A stretch of DNA of 61,406 bases, counting the filler, from Pirum gemmata (Eukaryota): assembly GCA_002812295.1 (NCBI GenBank). It is 12 parts of 12 records of this genome, joined end to end, with 100 filler letters (N's around TTAATTAATTAA, not from the genome) between each part and the next. Parts side by side here need not be neighbours in the genome. Positions count along the whole stretch, not along the records: positions 24,773 to 31,566 come from PDIN01000837.1; positions 31,667 to 36,519 come from PDIN01000838.1; positions 36,620 to 41,473 come from PDIN01000839.1; 9 more parts are not named here. One strand, given 5' to 3'. A program made the translations under genes and the position numbers. The notes under the pieces were generated by a model that did not search any database, was not told the origin of the DNA, and saw nothing but the letters and a program-made list of their open reading frames with translations. Shown in pieces: positions 25,326 through 36,694 of this stretch; the first letter of the stretch is position 1, and every line of letters starts with the position of its first letter.

Positions 25326-26252
25326 CAACTAGATATAGTTGATGCTTTACAAAGTTTAGGTGCCAAATCAATAAAACCAGAAGCATGTTTTGAGTGCACT
25401 TCATTGGAAAAATCTGTAAAAATAGGACATGCCCGTTGTCTAAAAATCTTGTGTAATTCTGAAACAGATGTTAACAAAATACTTGTGAAAGATGAACAAA
25501 CCTTGTTGTCTTTTGCGAGTATGAAAGGTCAAGTAGATTGTGTTAAAGAACTTATTTTAGCAAATGCTGATGTAAATGATTATGGTAAAAGTGATTATGG
25601 ACCTCTTTTTTTAGCAGCTACAAAAGACCATGTTGATTGTTTAAAAGAATTGATCAAAGCTAAAGCGGATGTAGATAAAGTAAGTGGAACCCCCAATTGG
25701 ACACCATTACATATTGCAGCATTTAAAGGTCATGTTAAATGTTTAAATGAATTAATCAATGCTAAAGCAGATATTAATAAATGTACGATCGATGGTATCA
25801 CCCCTCTTTATATATCAGCCCAAGACGGTAAATTAGATTGCTTAAAGAAATTAATTTCCGTAGGGGTAGATATAAATAAAGGTATAAGTAAAGATGGAAG
25901 AACACCATTGTTTGTGGCAGCTCAAAATGGACATATGTTATGTTTAAATGAATTAATTGAAGCTGAGGCAGATCTAAACAAAGTTAGTTTTCGAGGTAGA
26001 ACTCCTCTTTGTCAAGCTGCAGCACAAGGGAACCTTGTATGTGTGCAAAACTTAATTGAAGCTGGTGCTGATCCTTCGATAAAAGATGATGAAGGGAATA
26101 CAGCCTTGATGCTTGCTGATAAATTCAATCGAAAGTATTGTTTAGATTTTTTAAAAATTGTACCAATGAATAACAAAAGAAATCATTCTAATGATATCGA
26201 TGTTGAAGTAAATAACGCTGGGCCAGCAAAACGTAAGAGAAAAAGGAAATAG
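25326..26252 (+). CDS. Ankyrin-repeat protein, copy 1 (5'-truncated at N 25325), with basic NLS-like tail
   Basis: Repeated G.TPL..AA..GH..C...LI...AD motifs; ends PAKRKRKRK*. Confidence 0.9.
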   Translation, partial: QLDIVDALQSLGAKSIKPEACFECTSLEKSVKIGHARCLKILCNSETDVNKILVKDEQTLLSFASMKGQVDCVKELILANADVNDYGKSDYGPLFLAATKDHVDCLKELIKAKADVDKVSGTPNWTPLHIAAFKGHVKCLNELINAKADINKCTIDGITPLYISAQDGKLDCLKKLISVGVDINKGISKDGRTPLFVAAQNGHMLCLNELIEAEADLNKVSFRGRTPLCQAAAQGNLVCVQNLIEAGADPSIKDDEGNTALMLADKFNRKYCLDFLKIVPMNNKRNHSNDIDVEVNNAGPAKRKRKRK

Positions 26253-26889
26253 TAAAACTTGTTGAAGTTTCTCAAAACATGTTAGTAGTAGGGTAGGAGT
26301 AAGGGTTAGGTTAAGGGTTAGGTAGCTTAATCTCTACACCAGTTTTATTTATAGGTCTCTTTAAAGTTATAATCAGCCTATTGTCTTTCTCAAGTTAATA
26401 TCATAATATATAATTTCTTTCAATAGCTCCCCCAAATAATTAAATTTTAACATTACATACATTATGTACATATATATGTGTGTGTGAATGTGTGTGGGTG
26501 AGTGGGTGTGGGTGGGTGAGTGGGTATGAGTGTGAGTGGGTGTGAGTGGGTGTGGGTGTGGGTGTGGGTGTACGTGTGTGTGCGTGTGGGTGTGGGTGTG
26601 TGGGTGTGTGGGTGTGTGGGTGTGGGTGATGCATAACCTGTTGTACTTGTTTTAGTTTAATATTTCTTTGTCTGATGAACAATTGACCAACAATATATCG
26701 TTATGATTAAGAATTAAATACTTAATAATAATAAAATCCTTTTTTAATATATATATATATTATATTTTGTTATTATTATTATTACTTTGCTTTTATTTTG
26801 TTTTTTTCTTTCTGGGAAACATAGCTTGTATTTTTTTTGTTTGTTTATTTTGTTTTTTGTTTTTTGTTTTTTTGCTTTTGATCCGTTAG

Positions 26890-29742
26890 CATTTCAATCA
26901 CTAAAAGGGTTAGAGATCTTATATTTAGAGGGTTGCCGATTGTCTAATTTAGAAAACGGGATTTTTAAAGGATTAGATTATTTGTCTTTGCTAACACTTG
27001 CTTATAATCTACTTTCGAATAGAACTAATATGTACCTTAATCTTAAAGATCTGACACAACTAACATCTTTAGATTTAAATCATAACCGTTTTTCTTTAAT
27101 CGATAACACGAGTTTTCCAGCTCTAAGTAATTTATGGAATTTAGATTTGAGTAGTAATCCAGTTACCAATATTGGACCTGAAAGTTTTAGCAACCTTCCA
27201 AATTTATCAACCCTATCTTTGAACAATAATTCTCGATTGGGAAAACTACTTCCCGTGGTAAAACCAGAACTTGATCACATAAAACCTGTGCTAGATAGAG
27301 CGTTTGACTGGTATTTTTCTTGTGTTGATAACGATTGTAATAATGGGGGAACATGTCAAAAACAAAATATAAATCCAAATACACATTTGTTTTACTGTAG
27401 CTGTCTGTATGGGTCAAGGTCAGGGTTTGTTGATCGTAGTACTACTGATACCACTTTGTGTTGCTCGACAATTGGAACAGTGAATGCCACTAATAACAAA
27501 TGTAATTGCAAAAAAAGTTTTACTGGACAGAATTGCGATATGTGTGACGCTGGATTTGCAAGTAATAATTGTAATCCGTGCACTTTGGGCAATTACTGCA
27601 AAGGTGGTAATGAACCAGAAATTCCATGCCCCGCCGGATTTTACTGTCCAACTACGGCTACAAAAATTATATGTAGCGAAAAACATTTTTGTCCTAGTCG
27701 GTCTACTAAAGAAGAAGCTTGCCCTTCTCCTGGATATTACTGTCCAATCAATTCTTCAATACAACTGCCCTGTCCAGCTCAGAACATTTGCTATGATGGT
27801 TTACTTCAAGGTATGATTTATGTTATTATCAAGTTTAGACTAGGGCTAGGGTTAGTTTTAGAGTGATTTAGGGTTGTTCCCTATACACACGTTATTACTA
27901 TTTTTATATATCCATTGCGTCTTTTGGAATCCTCAGAAGTCGACATATATATTCTGTCGTCGGATTTTGTTTTTACTTTTGGCATTAATCAAATCAAGCC
28001 TACAAAATTTGATTTTAATTTTTCTGCGTTTAGATTTCTTTACTTTGTTAATTCTAATATATTGTGTTCTTCTAATATTGTTATGAATATAAAATAATTT
28101 TAGCTATAATAATAATAATAATAATAATAATAATTTTAGTTATAGATATATTATATTTATATATTAATTAAGAATAATATTATAATTAATTTTAATTTTA
28201 TTTATTTATTTTATTTATTTATTTCAAAATAATAATATTGACAATATTAATAATAGGGGAATGTTCTAAAAAGGCCTTTGAAGTAAAAGAAGGTATTCTC
28301 TTTCGAAAAACTGGCCCAAATTACCAGTACGTTGAAAAATGTGAAAAATTAGATTTGTCCCGTTTCAGTATCTTCGAAATTAGCGAAAATGCTTTCAACG
28401 GCTTAACAGAATTAGTACAGCTTGATTTAACACTGAACAATATCACTTCTCTTCATCCCAACACATTTGCTGGGGCACCCAAATTAGATTTTGCAGCAGG
28501 TAATCTGTTACTTGATTTACAAAGTAAATGCACAGGTTTTGGTTTTGATATTACTAAGGAAGGCGTTTTGTTAAGAAAAAAAGATCCTGCGTATGAATAT
28601 GTAACGACTAGTTGTTCGTTGCTTAACTTGACTAAATTAGAGGCGACTGGTTTTGGGTTTAACCTTTGGGAGGAGATAAATCTGGAAATTTTGGATATAT
28701 CGTTTAATTTTTTCCATTCATTGGAGGATCAGTTAAATGTACATAATCATATTGGCATTCAAAGTACTAGTAATAGAAATGTTACTGGATCTTTAAATTT
28801 GAAAGAATTATATATGAATGATAATAAGTTCGATGAGCTGGATAATTTTACTATGGGGGTAATAGACAGAAAACATTAGAAAAATTGGAGTTTGAAAATA
28901 ACGGTATCCAATGTTGTGACAAAAACATGCTTCAAAAGTTAACTAGACTTTTCATCCGTCACAAATTCGTGAGTATGACCTGCGCCGACGAATTTAATAA
29001 TGGTAAAAACAACAACAATAATAATAATAATAATAATAAGAATAGTAAAAATACCATTGCTTCCAAAACCGAATTTGAAAATATTGTAAAAGACCAGTGT
29101 ATTCATAGGGTACAACATACCAAACAAAATGGTGCTGATAATAATAATCGTACCGTTATCATTGCGTCTGTTGTAGCTTCGGTTACTTTCTTAGCTCTTC
29201 TAATCGGTGCAGCTGTAATAGTATACATAATCAAACGCAAAAAAAAGGAAAAAGAACTTTTAAACGGAAAAAGTGCATTGGAATTCGTTTTAGAAAAAGA
29301 TCCCATAGAATGTGATGATTTTAATAAAGTTCAAACTGATTATATGACTGTGAAAGAGAGCGCTGAAGAAAATGATGATATAAACATTGACAAGTTGACA
29401 CGTTATCCTGATTTAAATGTTGATGTGCAAGTTGATGAACATTATATTAACGTGGATGACCTTGATGATCATAATAATCAAGTTCAAACAATTCAACAAT
29501 TTGATGTCAATAATATCCATGATCATGGTAATGTAGCGAAGTGCGATGTAGATGTAATCTTAGGTGGTGACGATGCTATTGGTCAAGCAAATCAGCATTA
29601 TGCATGTAATAAAATTGACACGAATAGTAACGTTGATCGTACTTATATTGCACAGGCTTACGCGAATGTACAAGACGAGGAGTATGCTGAAGCGCACGAG
29701 GAGTATGCCGACGTGTACGAGGAGTATGCTGAAAGCACATGA
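26890..29742 (+). CDS. LRR-EGF-Cys-rich-LRR single-pass receptor-like protein; 5' part missing; frameshift near 28855-28879 (possible pseudogene)
   Basis: Exon 26890-27810 has LRRs, EGF CNNGGTC and CPAGFYCP repeats. Intron 27811-28256. Then more LRRs, the frameshift, LEKLEFENNGIQCC cap, TM VIIASVVASVTFLALLIGAAVIVYII-KRKKK, and a Tyr-rich tail. Confidence 0.8.
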
Positions 29743-30167
29743 ATTGTTCAAATACCCTATGTTTAATAAATTTTAATGTTCAGCTCTGAAAAAGCAAAAA
29801 AACAAAAACAGTAATACTGCTACTTTTTAACTTTTTTCTTGTTGCTATATTTCTGTACTACCATCAAGTTTCTGTATATACATTGACGTTGGGATATCAA
29901 CTACAATGTACAATAAAAGAGAAGATTAACTTAATGAACATCTATTAACAACCAATATATATATTATATAACCAATATAATAGAACGTTCACCTGCAATA
30001 ATATGACCAATTGAATAAACGTGGCATCAATGTTTACATCACGCTTACTACGCCAAATTAATACAATGTAAATCCATTTCATTTAATTTAGTATAATTTT
30101 ATTATCTATGTATTGATTTAAAAGTGTCAATTTAAGGATTATAACCCTCCATATAAATATTATATAN

Positions 30168-31232
30168 TTAGGAAACGTAGCTATTATCAGGTCATTGATT
30201 AAATACGGTGCTGATTTTTCTATTTATGACAATGCTGGTAATACACCTTTACATGTAGCTATTGCTCTAGAAAATATAATGGTAGTAAACACTTTGATTA
30301 AAAATGTTGCGTTTATTAATCTGGTCAACCAAGAGGGGTTTAGTCCTTTGGCCTTTGCAGAAAAATTAAGTAAAAGTTCCAAAGTACAACTAGATATAGT
30401 TAATGCTTTACAAAGTTTAGGTGCCAAATCAATAAAACCAGAACCAGAAGCATGTTTTGAGTGTACTTCATTGGAAAAATCTGTAGAAATAGGACATGCC
30501 CGTTGTTTAAAAATCTTGTGTAATTCTGAAACAGATGTTAACAAAATACTTGTAAACGATGAACAAACCTTGTTGACTTTTGCTAGTATGAAAGGACAAG
30601 TAGATTGTGTTAGAGAACTTATTTTAGCAAATGCTGATGTAAATGAGTATGGTAAAAGTGATTATGGACCTCTTTCTGAAGCAGCTAAAAAAGGCCATGT
30701 TGATTGTTTAAAAGAATTGATCAAAGCTAAAGCGGATGTCGATAAAATAAATGGACCCAATTGGACACCATTACATATTGCAGCTTATAATGGTCATGTT
30801 GAATGTTTAAATGAATTAATCAATGCTAAAGCAGATATTAATAAATGTGCGATCGATGGTGCCACCCCTCTTTTGTTATCAGCCGATCAAGCTAAATTAG
30901 ATTGCTTAAAGAAATTAATTTCCGTAGGGGCAGATGTAAATAAAGGTATGAATGATGATGGAAACACACCATTATTTATGGCAGCTCAAAATGGACATAT
31001 GTCATGCTTAAATGAATTAATTAAAGCTGAGGCAGATCTAGACAAAGTTGGTTTTGTAGGTAGAACTCCTCTTTGTCAAGCTGCAGCATCAGGGGAACTT
31101 GCATGTGTGAAACACTTAATTAAAGCTGGTGCTGATCCTTCGATAATAGATGATGAAGGGAATACAGCCTTGATGCTTGCTGATTATTTCAAGCAAAAGG
31201 AGTGTTTAGATTTTTTAAAAATGTACCAATGA
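30168..31232 (+). CDS. Ankyrin-repeat protein, copy 2 (5'-truncated at N 30167)
   Basis: Close paralog of copy 1, including the 3' flank; frame open from 30168. Confidence 0.9.
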   Translation, partial: LGNVAIIRSLIKYGADFSIYDNAGNTPLHVAIALENIMVVNTLIKNVAFINLVNQEGFSPLAFAEKLSKSSKVQLDIVNALQSLGAKSIKPEPEACFECTSLEKSVEIGHARCLKILCNSETDVNKILVNDEQTLLTFASMKGQVDCVRELILANADVNEYGKSDYGPLSEAAKKGHVDCLKELIKAKADVDKINGPNWTPLHIAAYNGHVECLNELINAKADINKCAIDGATPLLLSADQAKLDCLKKLISVGADVNKGMNDDGNTPLFMAAQNGHMSCLNELIKAEADLDKVGFVGRTPLCQAAASGELACVKHLIKAGADPSIIDDEGNTALMLADYFKQKECLDFLKMYQ

Positions 31233-31882
31233 ATGTACCAATGAATAACAAAAGAAATCATTCTAATGATATTGAAGTAAACAACGCTGGCCCAGCGAAA
31301 CGTAAGAGAAAAAGGAAATAGTAAAAATTGTTGAAGTTTTTCAAAACATGTTAGTAGTAGGGTCGGAGTAAGGGTTAGGTTAAGGGTTAGGTAGCTTAAT
31401 CTCTACACCAGTTTTATTTATATGTCTCTTTAAAGTTATAATCAGCCTATATTGTCTTTCTCAAGTTAATATCATAATATATAATTTCTTTCAATAGCTC
31501 CCCCAAATAATTAAATTTTAACATTACATATATTGTGTGTGTATATATATGTGTGTGTATGTGGGTNNNNNNNNNNNNNNNNNNNNNNNNNNNNNNNNNN
31601 NNNNNNNNNNTTAATTAATTAANNNNNNNNNNNNNNNNNNNNNNNNNNNNNNNNNNNNNNNNNNNNAATAATTACAATAATAATAATAATAATAATGACA
31701 ATGAAAAAAATGACAATAATAATAATCAGGATACTATCGTAAGTTCTCTGATTCATAACTGAAAAATGCTCATACCAGTTTTTAGTAGCTGTTGATACTC
31801 TGTTGATCTAAGCTGTTGATATCTTGCTAGCTACCTAGCTAGCTAGTGATATCTTGAATCCTTGATCTCCTTGATACCAGTA

Positions 31883-32888
31883 TGCGTGCCTTTCATTCAT
31901 TTTGCTAGCATTTATTTTGTCACTGCGAATATTTATTTGGTGGGTTATAATCTTTCATTTGAAATTCTTAAATCAATAAATAGATAATAAAATATACCAA
32001 ATTAAATTAAATGGATTTATATTATATTAATTTGGTACTCTTTATTGTATATTTTATGATGACAAAACAACTGAAAAGCACAATATAGTCTAGTCTAGAC
32101 CCTAGTCTAGACCCTAGTCTAGCTAGACCCTAGACCTAGCGATAGTCTATGATATAGACTAGTCTAGACTACCCCGACATCTAGACCCCGACATGAAGTT
32201 TCTTTTTATGATATTATAGTCTAGTCTATAGAGTCTACTTATATATAGAGTCTATATTCTATAACGCTTTTCATTTATATTGTTACTCAGAATATTAAAT
32301 TTTATTTGGTTGGTTATAATATTTAAATTGTCATTTTTAAATTAATTAATAGATAATAAAGTGTACCAAATTAAATGAAATGGATTTATATTGTAATAAT
32401 TTGGAACTATTTATTGTATACTTTAAAATTTATGGTGACAAAACAAAGTCATAAACTAGCTAGCTAGTCTATTATATTTATTAATAATAGACTAGACTAT
32501 TAGACTAATATTATTATATATTATTATATGCCAAGGTTGTTTTGTCATCATAAAATATACAATAAAGAGTACCAAATTAATATAATATAAATCCATTTAA
32601 TTTAATTTGGTATATTTTATTATCTATTTATTGATTTAAAAATGTCANNNNNNNNNNNNNNNNNNNNNNNNNNNNNNNNNNNNNNNNNNNNNNNNNNNNN
32701 NNNNNNNNNNNNNNNNNNNNNNNNNNNNNNNNNNNNNNNNNNNNNNNNNNNNNNNNNNNNNNNNNNNNNNNNNNNTTTAATTTAATTTGGTATATTTTAT
32801 TATCTATTTATTGATTTAAAAATGTCAATTTAAAGATTATAACCCACCAAATAAATATTCAGAGTAACAAAATAAATGAAAAGCACGC
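31883..32888. mobile_element. Cluster of three MITE family 1 copies (31883-32083 +, 32264-32450 +, 32536-32888 - spanning a gap)
   Basis: Same TIR and internal sequence as 16337-16524. Confidence 0.85.
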
Positions 32889-34032
32889 TAGACCCGGTCT
32901 ACCAAGATCATGCTTGGTTGCATACACTTGATATCCGAGGCGAACTCTATGATCTCTTGTGGCGTCTTCACGTTGAACTATATCAGTCTATATGTATTGA
33001 CAAGACAATGCCAATGTATATTAATATTAATAATATAAAATAAATAAAATAAATAAAATAAATAAAATAGACTATCATATGCATGAATAGACGCAAAAAT
33101 AGACTATCATGAAAAGACACCAACTGTACTAACTCGAACCATCAAAGAATCACCTGGTGTATTAATTAATACGACACTCCCCACAGATTTTTGCAATTAG
33201 CAAAAATCGAGAAGTAAATAGAAAATAGCTTTCGCAAAAGCAAACCTTTAATAGTCCTTTAATTCCAAAAAGAATATCATACAAAAAAAAAAGAAAAAAT
33301 AAAAATAAAAATAAAACTAAAAACAGAGACCAAACATTGTTTGCACCTGAAACTGGCTTAGTTGCATTAAACCGCAAAACTCAAAAGAGAAAATACGGAA
33401 GCGTACCTAAGAACTTTAAAAAACAGAACCATCCTAACAAAGCGGGCTAGCTATAACAGAACATAAGTTTAAAATTTGGAAGCTTAAAATTGTTTATACG
33501 CTGACCTACTATAATTGAAAATATAGTTATCGCAATTGAGCTACCGAACGAGAAGAACGATTTTGTCGTCGCTGAGAAACCGATACGGTTAATTGACTTT
33601 GAATCTCATTTAGGAAACTTTCTATTATTAATAACATTCCTACATTTAGATATTATATTTAATAAATAAATAAATAATTAATTAATTAAATAAATGCACG
33701 ATTTTGTTTCATTATAATAAGACTGTATTAATAAATAATAATGGTAATAGTAAATAAATAAATAAATGATAAAAAAAATGGGAATAAAGGAATATTATTC
33801 AAAACAGTAAAAAATAATAATTAAAAAAAATAAAGGGACTTTTATTATATAAATATTGAATTATTAAAAAATAATTTATAATTCATAGCTGAATAATAAT
33901 AATAATAACAAAACACAAAAATAATGGAAATAAGCGATAATATAACAACAATGATAAATAATAATATTAAAAAATCAAAAAAAAAATAAGCGATAACAAC
34001 AACAACAACAATACATTATATAATAATATTAA

Positions 34033-34063
<31 letters not shown>

Positions 34064-34687
34064 CAATATTTTTATTGTTATTATTATAATATCTGTAGTG
34101 TCTCGTTTAATAAACTTTGTCGACGCTATTCTTAAGAATGCGATGGGGAAAGTGAATAAAAAAGACTCTTGTGTCGTCCTCATCAACGTATACCGCAAAG
34201 CCGTGAATTAACCGAATCTGAACCAGTGACGACGATGCAACCGCAGAAACCGCAGAAACCGCAGAAACCGCAGAAAGGAGTTTGATTTGCTTCTAAAGCT
34301 AGAGCGATCTCATGAATTGACTTCTGGTTTTGATCCTGGCAGGGCTTTGACTTTTGAAAAAGAAATACAGACGAGTCCATCCATGTTTATAAGGGAGTCT
34401 CCGTGTCTAATTCTATTATCAATATATGGCATTTATGTCCCGCCATTCACCGTAAGAGTTTTGAGGATAAGTAGAGTCGCGACTCTTAATCAAGAATAAC
34501 TCGGGATTAAGGTTTCATAGTTTTACATACAATAAAATATAAGTATAAATATATTCACAGTTATTGGTTTCCTCATATATGGATTTAACAAAAATCAAAT
34601 TTACAAGAAAAAATAAGTTCCAATTTTAACAGAATTCGAGAGATCGATTTTAAAATGAGAGAATATCGTTGGGAGGAGGTATAATGA

Positions 34688-35020
34688 GTCATTCAAAATG
34701 ATTAATACGCCCATCGGTTATGAAACTTTTCGAGATAATTGTTTTATTTCCCCTATTATTACTATTTCAAGGTAGAGCAGGAGTTTTAGCTTGAAATATT
34801 TCGTTCACAGAAACCGTAACCGCAAAAGCAGCAATAAATACAATATTTTAACTGTCGTCATTCAAAATGATAATATGCCCATCGGTTATGAAACTTTTCG
34901 AGATAATTGTTTTATTTCCCCTATTATAGCTATTTTAAGGTAGAGCAGGAGTTATAGCTTGAAATATTTCGTTCACAGAAACCGTAACCACAAAAGCAGT
35001 AATAAATACAATATTAACTG
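34688..35020 (+). repeat. Tandem direct duplication, about 168 bp x2
   Basis: GTCATTCAAAATGAT..GCCCATCGGTTATGAAACTTTTCGAGA...AGAAACCGTAACC.CAAAAGCAG.AATAAATACAATATT at 34688 and 34857. Confidence 0.92.
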
Positions 35021-35445
35021 TGTCGTCTCAATACGATTAGTAATAATTTTTAATAAGGTCGGGACGGGGAATAACAGTGGAATAACCCTTAAAATCATTA
35101 TTAAAATAATAGAAAAAGAATGTCAAAATAATAATAATAAAAATGCCGCCGATGGTGAAGAGCATCATTAATAAGTATTTATACTTTTCTATTTTTTTCC
35201 GTTCTATCCCTTTTATCAATAATAATACCAATAAAGATACGTTTCTATTCTTCTTTTCCCTTCTATCCATTTTTATCAATAATAATTTTACGCCTTTCAT
35301 CAATAATGATATCAATAATAATTCATTAATAATGATATCAATAAAGATATTTTTGCATTTTTCTTTTCCCTTCTATCCCTTTTATCAATGATACTTTTTT
35401 ATGCTTCTTTTCTCTTCTTTTATCAATAACGATTATCAATATTTT

Positions 35446-36477
35446 TCAATTCTTAGATAGACTCAAATATTTAGCTTTCCAAAAGTCTACTTGCGATTGG
35501 AGTGATTCGTTTCTTTGTTTAATTGTAGCATTTTCCGTTTGCAAAGATACTTCTGTGTTTACCTTTTTTTTACTTCTATCCCTTTTATCAACAGTAACCA
35601 TACCAACATGTTTACATTGCGCACAATATAACGGAGTTTTTATACCCGGGGTATTGTAATAAGCTCGTTTTCCACAACCACCTAAACATTTTTTAGAAGT
35701 AGTGTTAACCATGCCTTCCTCTTTACATTTAAAACAACAAACTCCGACCTTTTCGCCTGCAAAGTTATAAGTAGGAGTCGCTCCACAACCACCTCTGCAT
35801 TTCTTTTGATTAACTGATATCATACCAAGTTTCTTACAACCTGCACAATAAAGACCTTTCTGTTCACTAGGATAATTATAGCAAGGTCTTTTTCCGCAGC
35901 CACCTTTGCATTTTCTATTCTTAACATCTATCATGCCTGGTTTTTTACAATGAGAACAAAATAGACCTTCAACGGTATTTTCATAGTTAAAATAAGGTTG
36001 TCTTCCACATCCACTTGCACATGTTTTGGCAATAACATTAATCATTCCTTCTTCTTTACAATTTACACAATAAAGTGCTGTATTTTGGTCTTTATGATTA
36101 AAGGAAGGTTGTGTTCCACATCCACCAACACAAACGCTCTTCAAAACATTGACCATGCCAGAAATCTTACAATCTGCACAATAAAGTGCTTTTTTCTCAT
36201 TTAAAAAGTTGAAACTAGGGGTTTTACCACACCCCCCTTCACATTTATTCCTAGAAGAATTTATCATACCTGGTACTTTACAACTTCCGCAATATTCCCA
36301 TTTATCTGCACCTGCATGCTTGAAGATTGCACCTTTTTCGCATCCAGGAGTTTTGCATTTCAATCTATAAACGTTTACCATACCAGCTTCTTTACATTGA
36401 CTGCAATATAAAGCTTTCTTTTGACCTGGAAGATTAAAACTGGCTTGCTTTCCACAACTACCCTTACAGAGCACCAT
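35446..36477 (-). CDS. EsV-1-7-like cysteine-rich repeat protein (8 repeats) with C-terminal coiled coil, intronless
   Basis: Eight ~37-aa units CxGGCGKxPxFNxxxxKxxLYCxxCKxxGMxNV. Confidence 0.85.
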   Translation of the reverse strand: MVLCKGSCGKQASFNLPGQKKALYCSQCKEAGMVNVYRLKCKTPGCEKGAIFKHAGADKWEYCGSCKVPGMINSSRNKCEGGCGKTPSFNFLNEKKALYCADCKISGMVNVLKSVCVGGCGTQPSFNHKDQNTALYCVNCKEEGMINVIAKTCASGCGRQPYFNYENTVEGLFCSHCKKPGMIDVKNRKCKGGCGKRPCYNYPSEQKGLYCAGCKKLGMISVNQKKCRGGCGATPTYNFAGEKVGVCCFKCKEEGMVNTTSKKCLGGCGKRAYYNTPGIKTPLYCAQCKHVGMVTVDKRDRSKKKVNTEVSLQTENATIKQRNESLQSQVDFWKAKYLSLSKN

Positions 36478-36694
36478 TTTTTAAGCATACAAATTTCATT
36501 AATAACAATAATAATAATANNNNNNNNNNNNNNNNNNNNNNNNNNNNNNNNNNNNNNNNNNNNTTAATTAATTAANNNNNNNNNNNNNNNNNNNNNNNNN
36601 NNNNNNNNNNNNNNNNNNNAAAAAAACTAACAATATAATATTATATACATATTAAATATCATAACATTTACATAATATTATAAACAATAATAAA

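Noticed and set aside
34090..34500. Coding-like stretch with (ACCGCAGAA)4
   Set aside because: All frames are interrupted and no motif is recognised; at most an unidentifiable relic.
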